The notes under the pieces were generated by a model. That model saw only the letters and a program-made list of their open reading frames with translations, did no database searches and was not told the origin of the DNA. A DNA stretch of 64,000 bases from NCBI GenBank assembly GCA_048497935.1, contig JBEHYY010000005.1, positions 46,118 through 110,117 on the forward strand, in the 5' to 3' direction. Within the stretch, counting starts at the first letter, position 1; each line of letters starts with the position of its first letter. Source of the stretch: Verrucomicrobiota bacterium (lineage in GTDB: Bacteria; Verrucomicrobiota; Verrucomicrobiia; Opitutales; JABDGR01). Made by a program: the position numbers and the translations under genes. Positions 38,162 through 50,100 of the stretch are shown here, in pieces.

Positions 38162-41100
38162 TTAAGCCTTGTTGCTCTGGGCGGCCGCCTTGGCCAGGCG
38201 CTTGCGGCGCAGGCCGAGGAGCATCATCAAGCCACCGGCAATCAGGCCCCAGGTCGCAGGCTCGGGCACCACCACGAACTGCAGGTCCTTGCCACCGTTG
38301 GCGAAGATGAAGTAGCTCTGGTTGTAGTCATTGTAAACACCGCCGGGGCCGACATTCACCGCGTGGAAGTCCGAAGCGCTCAGGCCGATGCTCGAGAGGC
38401 TGGTGTTGGAGGTCATCAGCGTATAGACGGTCGGCGTCACGCCGTTGTAGAAGCCGGTGTCATCGAAGTCGAATTCGATGTCGTGGTTGCTGCCGCTATA
38501 GATGATGTTGCCCGTCACCACAATCTTGTCGGACAGAGCCGTGATGTTGGCGCTGTTCAGGTGGAACTCGTTGTTGAAGACATTATCCGGGTTCCAAGTC
38601 AGGTTGCCATTGATGGTGAGCGTGGCGAACGCCGAGGCCTGATAGGAGGTGCCCTTGTGCGTCACGTTGGTGAGGGTCATGGAGGTCGTCAGATCATAAC
38701 CGGGGGCAAAGCCGCCGTTCATGTCCACATTATTGTTGATGGTGCCGTTGCCACCGAGGATGGCGCCATTGTTCACCACCACTTGGGAAGCCAGCTTGCC
38801 CTTCAGGACCAGCGCCAGGTTGTTCACCGTCGTGGTGCCGGAGTTGGTGTTGTTACCCGTGAGGATAAGCGTGGAACCGAACTGGGTGAAGCTGTTGATG
38901 TTGTTGGTCTGGACCGAGGCGTTGGCGGTCACGCTGTTCGGCGTCGTATCCTGGGAGTTTGCCGGCGACGACGGGCCAAAGCCGCTGAGGTTGGTTTCAC
39001 CATTGCCGGTGATGGCGCCGGCATACGTGGTCGTGCCGCTCGTGGCCCGGTTGTAATTGAAGGTGCCATTATTCGAGATGTTGCTCGTGACGCTGCTTTC
39101 AGTGCCACCGTCACCCAAGTTGAAGATGGCGCCAGCAGCCACAGAGGTGACGCCGGTGTAGGTGTTCGTGCCCGTTTCCGTCAGCGTGCCCGCGTTAACC
39201 GTCACACCGCCCACCTGCGAATTATTGCCAGAGATGGTCAGGGTATCGTTGCCAATCTTGGTCAGCGAGCCCGCACCGGAGAAGTTACCGCTGTAGGTGC
39301 TGTCGATGAGGTCGTTGCCGATGCTCAGGTTGACAGCGCTCGCAGCCGTGTTGGCGAGGACGAGGTCCTTATTGCCATTCAGGGCGCCCAAGGTCGCGCT
39401 CGTCACACCGGAACCGAAGGCCAGGTTGCCGTCGCCCGTATTGTAATTCACGTTGCTGAACTGCAGGGCGATGCTGCCATTGACCGTCAAGGTGCCCGCG
39501 CTGATGTTGGTGGAGCCCGTGAAGGTGTCAGCCCCGGCGATGATCAGGTTGCCGGTGCCAATCTTCACCAGGTTGCCAGTGCCGGAAATGACGCCCGTGT
39601 AGGTGGTCGCGAGGTTGTTCGACCCGGTGGTCAGTGTGCCATTGCCCAAGCTGACGTTGCCGGCGCCAGCCAGCGAACCGAGCGTGTCATTGAAGTTATT
39701 GAGGCTGAAGGTGGCACCCGAGGAAACCGTCAGGGACGAGTTGCTCGGCACCCAGTTATCCACGCCCAACTGCAGCGTGCCCGCGCTGACGGTGGTGTTG
39801 CCGCTGTAGTTCGAGCCACCGGAAACCGCCAGGGTGCCCGCGCCGGACTTCAGCAGATTCGAGGTCGCATTGCCGCTGACGTTGGAATTGGCCGTCAGGC
39901 TGTAAGTCATGCCCGGGTCAACCAGGATGGTGGCGTTTGTGCCATTGAGCGTGATCCAGCGGGCCGAGGAGATATTGGCCGTCACCTCCAAGGTGCCGTT
40001 CGTTGCGCCGTTGCCGATCGTGACACCCGTCGCCGTGTCGCTGTTGTTCACACCGAGGCTCGTGGCCGAGGTGATCGCCAGCGTGCCGGCGCTGATGCGC
40101 GTACCGCCGAGGTAGGTATTGTTGCCGCTCAAGGTCAGCGTGCCCACACCGGTCTTGGTGACAGCGATCTCATTCGCCGCCGTGACCGTTGTGTTGACGC
40201 CACCCAAACCGATGGTGCCGTTATAATTGTTGGTTCCGGCAATCAGGAGGGTCAGCGTGGAGAGGTTGTTGTTGCCGCTGATCACCGCATTGTGGTTGCC
40301 GGTGCCGCTGGTGGTAAGGCCCGCGAGGTTCTGGTTGGCCACCGCCGCGCTGTCACCGAGGATCAGCGTGCCGCTGTTCGTGCCGCTGCCGAGGACGACC
40401 GAGGTGGCCGTCGGCAGGCGGTTCGTGCCACCGGCGACCTGCACGGTACCCTGCTGAATGTTGGTCAGGCCCGAATAGGCGCTGGCGCCACGCAAGATCA
40501 GCACACCGTTGCCGGTCTTTGTGATGCCCTTGCCGGCGCTGGAGTCTTGGATGCTGCCGCTGACCGTCAGATTGCCGGCCACAAGGTTAAGGGAGACATT
40601 GCCCGCCGTGATGCTCACGTTACCCGTGCCGAGGTTCAAGTCATTGGTGCCGGTGAAGGTGAAGCCCGTCAGCCAGGTCATCGCATTGTTGCTCGTCAAT
40701 GTCTTGGCCGAGCCGCTGGTGTTGTCGATCGTGCCGCCATTGACGACTAAGGTCGCAGTGCTGGCACCGACTGCCGTGGCGTTGTTCAGGTTCAGCTTGG
40801 CACCCGAGTTGACCTGCAGGGTCTTGCCCGCGAGGCTGGCCGTGTTATTGCCGGCAAGGGTGACCACACCGCCATTGATGATGAAGTTGCCGGTGAAGCT
40901 GTTATTACCGGTGATGACCAGGTTGCCCACGTTGCTCACCAGGACGTTGTTGGTGCCCTGGATGCCGGCACCCAAGTTCAGGGTGGAGGTCGAATCAATA
41001 TCGAGGGTGAGCGAGCTGTTGCTGGTGGTCACCAAGGCCGCATTGATGTTCTCGATGCCGCCCACCAAGGAGAGGGTGGCCACACTGGCGGCACCGTTGT

Positions 41101-44100
41101 CAAAGGTGAAGCTGCTCACGTTGCCGGCGTTGATCGTGAACGGCACCGAGCTGGAGAACTGCATCCCGCCCAAGGTGATGGTCGAGACATTGCCCGCATT
41201 CAGCGTGATCGTGCGCGGCGAGTTCAGAATGGTGCTCGGGAAGATGGCGATCTCACCCACCCCGTTCGGGCCATTGGGCGTCAACGAGTGGTTAGCCGAG
41301 GCAAAGCTCCAGTTGGAGGGCGTGTTCCACGAGCCATTCGCGTCCACATTCCACTGATTGGGCGCCAGCGTTGACTGGACAACCAAGTTCAGGATGGTGT
41401 TGTTGGCCGCGAGCTGGAAGAACGAGCTGGAATAGGTGGAGCCGGGCGAGTTGTTCCACACCAAGCCGGAGATATTGCTGAAGATGCCGGTGCTGGAGGT
41501 GCCGATCGTGTAGGTTCCCGGCGTGAGCAACAGGCCGCCCGAGTTCGTGAACATATTCACCTTGACGGCCAAACCACCGAAGTTCAGGCCCGTGGCCCCC
41601 GAGAGGACCAGGCTATCCATGACATTTCCGCTGCTGAGGAAGTAATTCAGGACGGAATTGGCCGCCAGGTTAAGCGAACCGTTGAGGGTCAGGCTGCCGC
41701 CGCCGTTCGAGGTACCGGGGGCCAGGATACCGCCGCCGAGGACGGTGGTCGTGCCATTCAACGTGCCCAAACCGGAGACATTACCACCGTTGTTAACAGT
41801 GACGTTGGCGTTGATCACCGAGCCGCTGTTCGTGACAACCGAGCCGTTCGCGACAACCGGGACCGACAGGTTGCTGCTGAAGATCTGGAAGGTGGCGCCG
41901 CTGGCGACGTTGACCGAGGCACCTTGGATGGTAGCGCTGGTGATGCTGCCATTACCGAGAGAGACCGTACCGGCGTTAATGTTGGTGTTACCGGTGTAGC
42001 TGCTCGAGCCGGTCAGCGTCAGGCTGCCATTGCCGACCTTGGTCAAACCGCCGTCTTGGCCGCCACCGATGGAGGCGTCGTGCGACAGGTTTTGGGCCAC
42101 CGTGATATTGACACCCGTCGTGTTGAACGTCAGGCCGCCGGCGCCGATGTTGGCGCTCGTCAGGCCTTGGAGGAAGGTGGTGCTGCTGACGGTCGGGATG
42201 ATCGTGCCGTTGGCGATGCTGAGGATGGCGCTGCCGGTGTTGTTGCCATTGAAGCGACCGATGTCGCCATCAAGCGTCAACGTGGCGCTGGTATTCGTGC
42301 CGCCCAAGATGAACGTCGCGTTATTGGAGTTGGTGGAGACACCACTCAGGGCCAGCGCCAGGTTGCTGCCATTGACCAGACCGTTGAGGGTAGCCGTGCC
42401 GTTGGCGAGGATGAAGGTGGCGTCCGTCGAGCCGCCCACGCCGGAGTTGCCGCGGCTGACCCAGATGCTCGGGGCGACCAGGTTGACGTTGCCGGTCATG
42501 TTCACCAGAGCGGTGACCACCGAGCCGGTGTTGGTCGTGTTGGCCAAGTCAATCTCGCCGGCGGTGATGTTCGCGTTGCCGGTGATGTTCAGCGTCGCGT
42601 TGCTATTGTTCGACGCATTACCCACGAGCACCGCCAGGTTGCCATTGGAGTTGGTGAGGGTCAGGTTGCCATTGGTAGCGAGCGTCAGTGTGCTGTTGCC
42701 ACCGACCGTCAGACGGGTCGTGCTGGCGGTGCCGTTGCTCAGGTCAACATTACCCGTGAGGGCCATCTTGCCGTTGCCCGTCGTGGTGAGGCTGTTGCCA
42801 TTGCCTGCCAGGCTGCCCGCGATCAGATTGCCTGAAGCTTGCGCCAGGTTGATCGTCGAGGAATTGTTCAGGGTGACCGTGCCCGTACCGAGGTTGAGGG
42901 TACGATTGCTGCCGAAGGTGAAGGCCGTGGTGTTCACCGCCACCGCATTGTTGGTGGTGAGGTTCACCGGAGCGCCCGTCGAGCCGCTCAACGTGCCACC
43001 GGAAATCGTCAGCACACCGGTGCCCAGCGCCGTGGCACTGTTCACATTCAAGGTGCCGGCCTGGAGGTCAACGCCGCCCGAGAAGTCGCTGTTCGGGCTG
43101 CTGATCGTCACCGAGTTGCTGGTGTTCACCGTCACGGCGCCCGCGCCGGTCAGGTTAGCCGCGATATTGCCGTTTTGGGCAAAGATGGCGGTGGCGGCCA
43201 AGGTGCCGTTGCCGTTCAAAGTACCATTGAGCAGGCTCAGGTTGCCCACCGTCTTCACCGCGAGGCCACCGTTACGGACGTTCAACGTGCTGTTCACGTT
43301 GTTAATGAACACATCGCCGCCCAGGCTGCCACCGAGGCGCAGGTTGCCGCCTTCGAGGTCCGTGATGCCGGTGTAGGTGCTGTTGCCGTTCAGGACGAGG
43401 TTGCCGTTGCCGGTGATCGTCAGGCTGTAAGCATTGCCAGCATCACCGACGATGCCGCCGAAGGTCAGGTTGCCCGCGGCGATATTCGCCGTGGTGTTGC
43501 GCAGCAGGGTCACGGCGCCCGCACCGAGGTCGAGGTTGTTCGAGCCGATGAAGTTGATGGTCGCATTCACCACGATCGAGTTATTAACCGCGAGGACAAC
43601 CGCGCTGCCACTGGTGTTATTCAGTGTGCCGCCATTGAGGGTGAATGTGCCAGTGCCCAACGGGCCAGTCGTGTTGGAGCCGCTGCCATTGATGTTCAGC
43701 GTGCCGCCATTGAGGACGAAGCCGCCGGAGTAGGTGCTGTTGCCCGAGATAATGACGGAGCCCGCGCTGTTCATCGTGAGGAAGCCGCCCGAGGTCGTCT
43801 GGCCAATGTTGCTGGTCAGATTGAGGGTGAGGCCCACGTGCGGGTTGAGGCTCAAGCCAGCCGTGGTCACCAGGATGTCCGAGGAGACCGTGTGGTTGCC
43901 GGAGCTCACATCGATGGTGCTGAGATTGCCACCATTGCTGAAGGTGATGGCATTGCCGGAGAGGCTCGTCAGGTTATAGCTGTTCGGTGTCGTGAAGGAG
44001 AGGCCGGAGAGGCTCACGTTTTCATCGAGGGTGACCGTGGCCGCGTTGTCATTGAAGGCCGGGAAGCTGGCCACCGCGCCCACACCGCCGCCCACGCCGG

Positions 44101-47100
44101 CCACGTTGCCGTTGAACCAGCGCGTCGAGTCGGACCAGTTGCCGGTGCCGTCGCGGTTGCTCACATTACCGACCCAGCTGTAATTGGGCGGGTTGAGCTG
44201 GATGTTCACGAACAGGTAGCTGATATTGCCCACCGTGGTGGTGCCGAAGGTGTAGATGTCGCCGAGCACCGGGTTGAGCACGTTGGCCACCGTGAGGGCG
44301 GAATTGCCACCCAGGGTGCCGGTGTATTGGAACAGATTGTAATTACCGGTCACGGACCACTGGTTGCTCTGGATGGCCGTGTTCAGCATCGAGGAGTTGC
44401 CCGTGAGCACCTTACCCGAGAAGCCGAGGTCATAGTTGTAGAAGTTAAACATCGTGGCGTTGCTCAGGGACAGGCCGTTGAGACCCGTGACCACAATGCC
44501 GTTGAACAGATCCGTCGTGCCGTGGGAGGTGTTGCCACCCGCCGGGTTGAAGGTGAAGTTCAACTGGCCACCCGTGATGTTCGCGCTGCCGAAGGTCAAC
44601 AGGCTCGCGGCGGTGCTGACCGAGGTGATGTTGCCATCGATGTCGGTCGTCGTGGAGATGGCCGGACCACCGATTACCGTGGTGGCGTTCGGCACACCCG
44701 CGACCTGGACCACATTGATACCCGGCGACAGATTGCCGGTCGTCATGTTGAGGGAGCCGACGACCACGCCGTTGCCGGAGATAGCGGCCGTGGACGAATT
44801 CAGTTTCACCGCGGTGGCGCCGAAGTTGCCCGAGAGGGCCAGGTTGCCGTTCGTGACGTTGGTCGCGCCCGTGTAGTTGTTGCTGGTGCCCGCGAGGATC
44901 CAGGAGGTCGTGCCGCTCTTGATCACACCCGCCACCGTCGAGCCGTTGTTGAGGAGGCTCGGGTTCATGGTGCTCACACCGGCATGGTTACCGGTGAGGG
45001 TCAGATTGGCACTCGGGGCGGTGTTGGTCACCACCAGCGCACCGCCGCTGAGGAAGTTGACATCCGAGCCGTTGCTGCCGCTGTCGTTGACGGCAATCGT
45101 CGCGCCGTTGTTGGCGGTGGCATTGCCGATGGTGAAGCGGCGGTCGGTGGTGATCGTGGAATTGCCCAGGGCGGTGGTGCCTTGGAGTACCAGTGTGGCG
45201 CCGTTCAGGATCAGGCTGTCCGGGGTGTTGGCGCCTTTACCGATCGGGCTCGGGTTGCCGCCCAAGGCGAGCGTGCCAGCCTGGATCGTGCCGCCCTCAA
45301 CATCGAGGTAGCCGGAGAAGGCGTTGGTCGCCGCGTCCAGCACGAGGGTGCCGGGGATCAAGTCGATGACATTACCGGTGCCGGTGATGTCAGCCGCGCT
45401 GGAGTTCTGGCTGAGGATGCTGGACAGATTCTTCGTTCCATTAATCGGGAGATTCAGGATAAGGAGGCCGTTGTCCACGAGCCCGCCGGCGGTATGGTTG
45501 CCCAAGACGGTGTTAACCGTGATGCCATCGCCCACTTGGAAGATGCCGCTGGGGCTGATGGTGGTGACGCCGTTCCAGGTGTTGACGGTGCTATTATCCG
45601 TGTTCAGCACAAAGGTGCCGTTCACGATATTGAGCGAAACGGTATTGCCGCCGCCGCCCGTGATGCGACCAGAGTAGGTGGAGGTACGGCCGCCCGCGCC
45701 GATGTTCCAAGTCACTGCGCCAGCCGTGGTCTGGCCGCCACCGACGACTGCGGTTGAGTCGCCGAACAGGCTGCCCAGGGAGCGGGTGACGCCAGTCGCG
45801 TCACGAACCTGGATGGTTGTGTTAGTACCAACGATGAGGGTGCCGTTGGCCAAGCCCGAGGACGGGTCGAAGCGGAAGGTGTTGCCGCTGGCCGTCGTGG
45901 CTTGGAGGGTGAGGCAGCCGGTGAAGTTACCGAGGGCACCGGTGATCTGCATGATAAAGCCGATGGCGGTGAGGGACACATTACCACCGCCGACCAGATT
46001 GAATCCGCCGAACGAATTGGTCGAGCTGCTGCCGACGTTCAGGGTCAGGTTGGCGCCCGTGTCCACAATCAGGCGGTTGCCGGCGAAGCCACCGACGTTG
46101 GTGAACAATGCGGCGGAATTGCCGAGGAAGGTGATGTTGCCCGGCCCGAGTTCGCCGCCGCCACTGCCCAGCAGGGTGTAGTCGAGCGTCGAGGCATTGA
46201 CAATGGTGCCACCGGTATAGAGGCCGGCCTGGCCGCTGCCGAAGCGCAGGGTGCCCCCACCCTGGACGACCAAGTTACCGGTGCTGCTGCCGTTATTGGA
46301 AATCACGCTGCTGTAGGTCAGCGTGGTGTTGGCGGGGATGATGAACGTGCCGGTGAAGTTGCCCGCGGAGCCGTTGCCGATGACAATGTTGCGGTTGCCG
46401 CTCAAGGTCACATTGGAAGACACGATTAGCGCGCCGCCATTCAACGTGATGGCCGGGATCGCGAGGGACGGCACCGAGCCCAATTGCAGGTCGGAGCTGA
46501 TGCTGATGCCACCCAGCGTGCCATTGGTCGTGCCGCCATTGATGATGACGTTGCCCGTGATGTTGCCCTGATTGCTGGCGGACAGCGTCAACACGCCGTT
46601 GCCGGTCTTGGTCAGGCTGCCGCTACCCGCGCGGCCAATCGGGTTGGTCAGCGTCACATTGCTGCCATTGGTGTCAAACGTGCCGCCATTGGCGTCGAGG
46701 AAGATATTGAACTGGGAAATGTCGGTGACCGAGCCGGCGTTCCACTGCAGGCCACCACCATTGAGGTGGATGTTGCCCAGGCCGAAGTTGTTCAGAATAT
46801 CGAAGTTGATGAAGCCGCCGTTGATCAACGTGTCGCCGACATAGCCGGAAGAGGAGCTGCTATTGAACCCACGCAGGATCAGCACACCGTTGCCGATCTT
46901 GGTGATGTTCGCCACACTGCCACCGCCGAGGTTGCCCGCGAGGGTGACGGTCTGGCCATTCGTGTCAAAGATCGCCGTGGGCGCGGTGATGAGCACCGTA
47001 TGGTTGGTGGTGATGTCCGCCGGGGCCGTCCATTGCAAGGTGCCGCCCGCCATGATGATGTTGCCGTTGAGGCCGAGGCTGTTGACGTTGTTGATAACCG

Positions 47101-50100
47101 TGGTGCCCGACTGCAGGGTCGTGCGACCCTTGTAGGTATTATTGCCGAACAACTCGACGATGCCGGCGCCGCTCACCGTGACATTGCCGCTGACCGTGCC
47201 GTTGATGTCCGAGATGTTGCCGAGCAAGTTCAACTGGGTCGAAGCGGTGGCGTTGGCGGTGAGGCCTGCGTTGGCCGCGAGGATCATCGGCGCGGAGATC
47301 GCATGCACGCCGCCTTGGACCGTCAGCGGCGCCGTGGAGCCGCTGTTGTTCAGCGTCAGGGCGGAAGAACCGTTGACCGTATAAGTGTTGATGCCCGAGA
47401 AGGTGGCTCCGCCGATGGTGAACGGAGCATCCACCGTGACGTTATAAGCGCCGGACTGGATGGCCGGGAACACCGCGATGGTGCCCGCGCCCGAGGCCGG
47501 GGTATTGTTAAACCAGAAGTTGCCCGAGCTGGCGCTCCACAGGCCGCTGGTGCCCGTGTTGCCCGTCCAGTAGCCGGCACCCGGCGTGAAGGTGATGGTC
47601 ACCGCCAGGATGCTGGAATTGGAACCCAGGGGCGCGATATTCGTGTTAAAGCCGATCTGCTGGCTGATCCAGCTCAGGTTGCCCAGCGAGCCGGTGATGT
47701 TGCCCGGATGGTCCATCTGGAACAGCGCATAGGTGCCCGGCGTGGTGAAGGTGGTGCCATTGACCAGGAAGTTATAACCGCCGCCCGCCGTCACATTCAG
47801 GTTGTTCAGGATGTGCAGCAAGTCGCCGTTGAGGGTCGTGCCGGCAAAGGTCGTGTTGCCCGCGGAAGCCAGGTTCAGGTCGATGTTATAGATACCGCCG
47901 TTGAAGGTCAGATTGCCCAGCGTCATGTTGCCCAAACCACCGATGGTCGGGTTGAGGATACCGCCCGTGCTCACGGTGACGCGGCTGATGTTGCCGGTGC
48001 CGTTGACGTTGGTCAGGGTGCCGTTGACGGCAGTGCCGTTGACGGAGCTGCCGGTGACGATGACGTTCGAGTTCGGCACGGAGCCGGTGAACATCATATA
48101 ACCGTTGGAGATGGTAGTCGCGCCCGAGTAGGGCTGCGTGCCTTGCAAGGTCCAAGTACCGCTGTCCACCTTGTTGATGGAGGTGGCGCCAGCACCGTCA
48201 TCGACAAAGATACCCTGCATCAAGCCGGTGCCGTTACCGCCCAAGGACAGGCTTTCGGAAACGCCGGTGCCGCTGACACCCACGTTGCCCGGATTGGAGA
48301 AGGTCAGCAGGCCCGTGCCGGAGGCGTCGAGTGTGCCGCCATTATGCGAGATGGTGAAGGCGCGGTCCGTGCTGCTGGCCGAGCCGACGTATTGCAGGCG
48401 ACCACCGTTGAAGATAAGGCCGGAAGTCAGGGTGGAAGCGGCACCGATGCTGCTCGGGGCGTAGGCGTCACCGATGAAGCTAGTCTGGATGGTACCGCCA
48501 GACATGATGGTCGCACCCGTATAGTTGTTGCTGACATTGAGGGTAAGGATACCCGCACCGCGCTGCTCAACACTGCCCGGGCCGCTGATGAGGTTCACCA
48601 CGTTGTAGTTGTCGCTACGGTTGAAGGCCAAGGTGGAGTAAACATAGGCCGAGCTGGCGAAGCCAGTGGAATTGACACCGAGCTGGCCGGTGGTGCCGCC
48701 ATTGCCGATCTGCAGGACGCCCTGCGTCACATACATGATGGAGTTATAGGTGTTCGGGCCGGTCAGCGTCCAAGTGCCAGTGCCGATTTTGCTGAAGCGG
48801 TTATTCAGGCCACCGTCCTGGAGGACGCCGTCAAACTCACTGTTGAGATTCAAACTACCGACGACGTAGGTAACGCCGGAGGAGTTGGCGCCACCGAGGA
48901 GGGTGTTGACGCCACCGTTGCGCACGTCGCCAAAGTACTGGAAGGTATTTCCCTGATTGGCAACGAAGAGGGTCAGGGTGGCCGTGGCCGGCACCGTGGT
49001 GGAATTACCCATGTCGTACACGGCGTTCGGTGAAGCACCAGCCGAAAGAATTACCGGGAAGGAGCCGTTGGCAAACAAGCCAGTGCCGTTGAACGTGGTG
49101 GTCTGGCCAGCCAAGGACGGAGAGATATTATTAAGGTAGGTGGTGTTCGCAGTACTGCTACCCAAGATGCGCCAGTTGGCGGATCCCGGCGAGATGACGA
49201 GGAAGGTGCCGTTAAAGCCGAGAACGTTGCCGCTGGGCGAATAAGTCTGGTTATTGCCGAAGAACTGCAGCACCAAGGTAACGTTGCTGGCCGTGCTGGT
49301 GATGCTGCCGCTGAAGGAGTCATTACCACCGCTGGTGCGCTGGGTGAGCAGCTGGCTTGTGTTGTTGTTGCTGATGGGGCTCGGCGTGATGATCAAGTTG
49401 TCGGCGTCGTTGATGCCGTTGCCGTTGAGGAAGTAACCCGAACCGGCGCCTTGGAGGTAGATGTTCGCGCCCGCGCCCCAGGTGTTGCCGGAGACATTGG
49501 CGACCACCAGGAAGCCCTGCTGGACGAAGATATTGCCTTGGAAGGTGGAGCTGGTCGAGGAGCTGGAGATGTTGCCCGTGCCGGTCTTGTACAAGTCACC
49601 CGTGCCCTTGATGGGATTGCTGAAGTTCAAGGTCTGGCCCGCGCCGACATTGATGACACCGCTGCCATTGATGAAGATGCTCTGATTGCCGTCGAGGGTC
49701 GGGCTCGAATTCGTGCTCAACGTGGCGTTATTGGCCAGCGTGATGAAGTTCGGGAAGTTATTGCTGTTCGGGTTCGGGCCGAGGTTGGTGTTGCTGGAGA
49801 AGGACAGTGTGCCGCCACCGATGGTGATGTCGGTGATGTTGCTGCCATTGGCGCGATTGTTGCCCGACAGCACCAAGGTGCCATTGCCGGACTTGGCCAG
49901 GTTGCCTGTGCCGTTCAGCGTGCCAGCGAGGGTCAGGGTGTTATTGCCGACATACACCGTGAAGTCCTGCGAGCCGAAGGCCAGCGTACCCGTGCCAAGG
50001 CTGAGGTTGCCCGTGCCCACGTAGCTGATGAGGCTCGTGTTCAGCGTGATGGGAATGCTGTTCAACGTGGTGTTGCCAGTCGTGCTGTCGATATTGCCGA

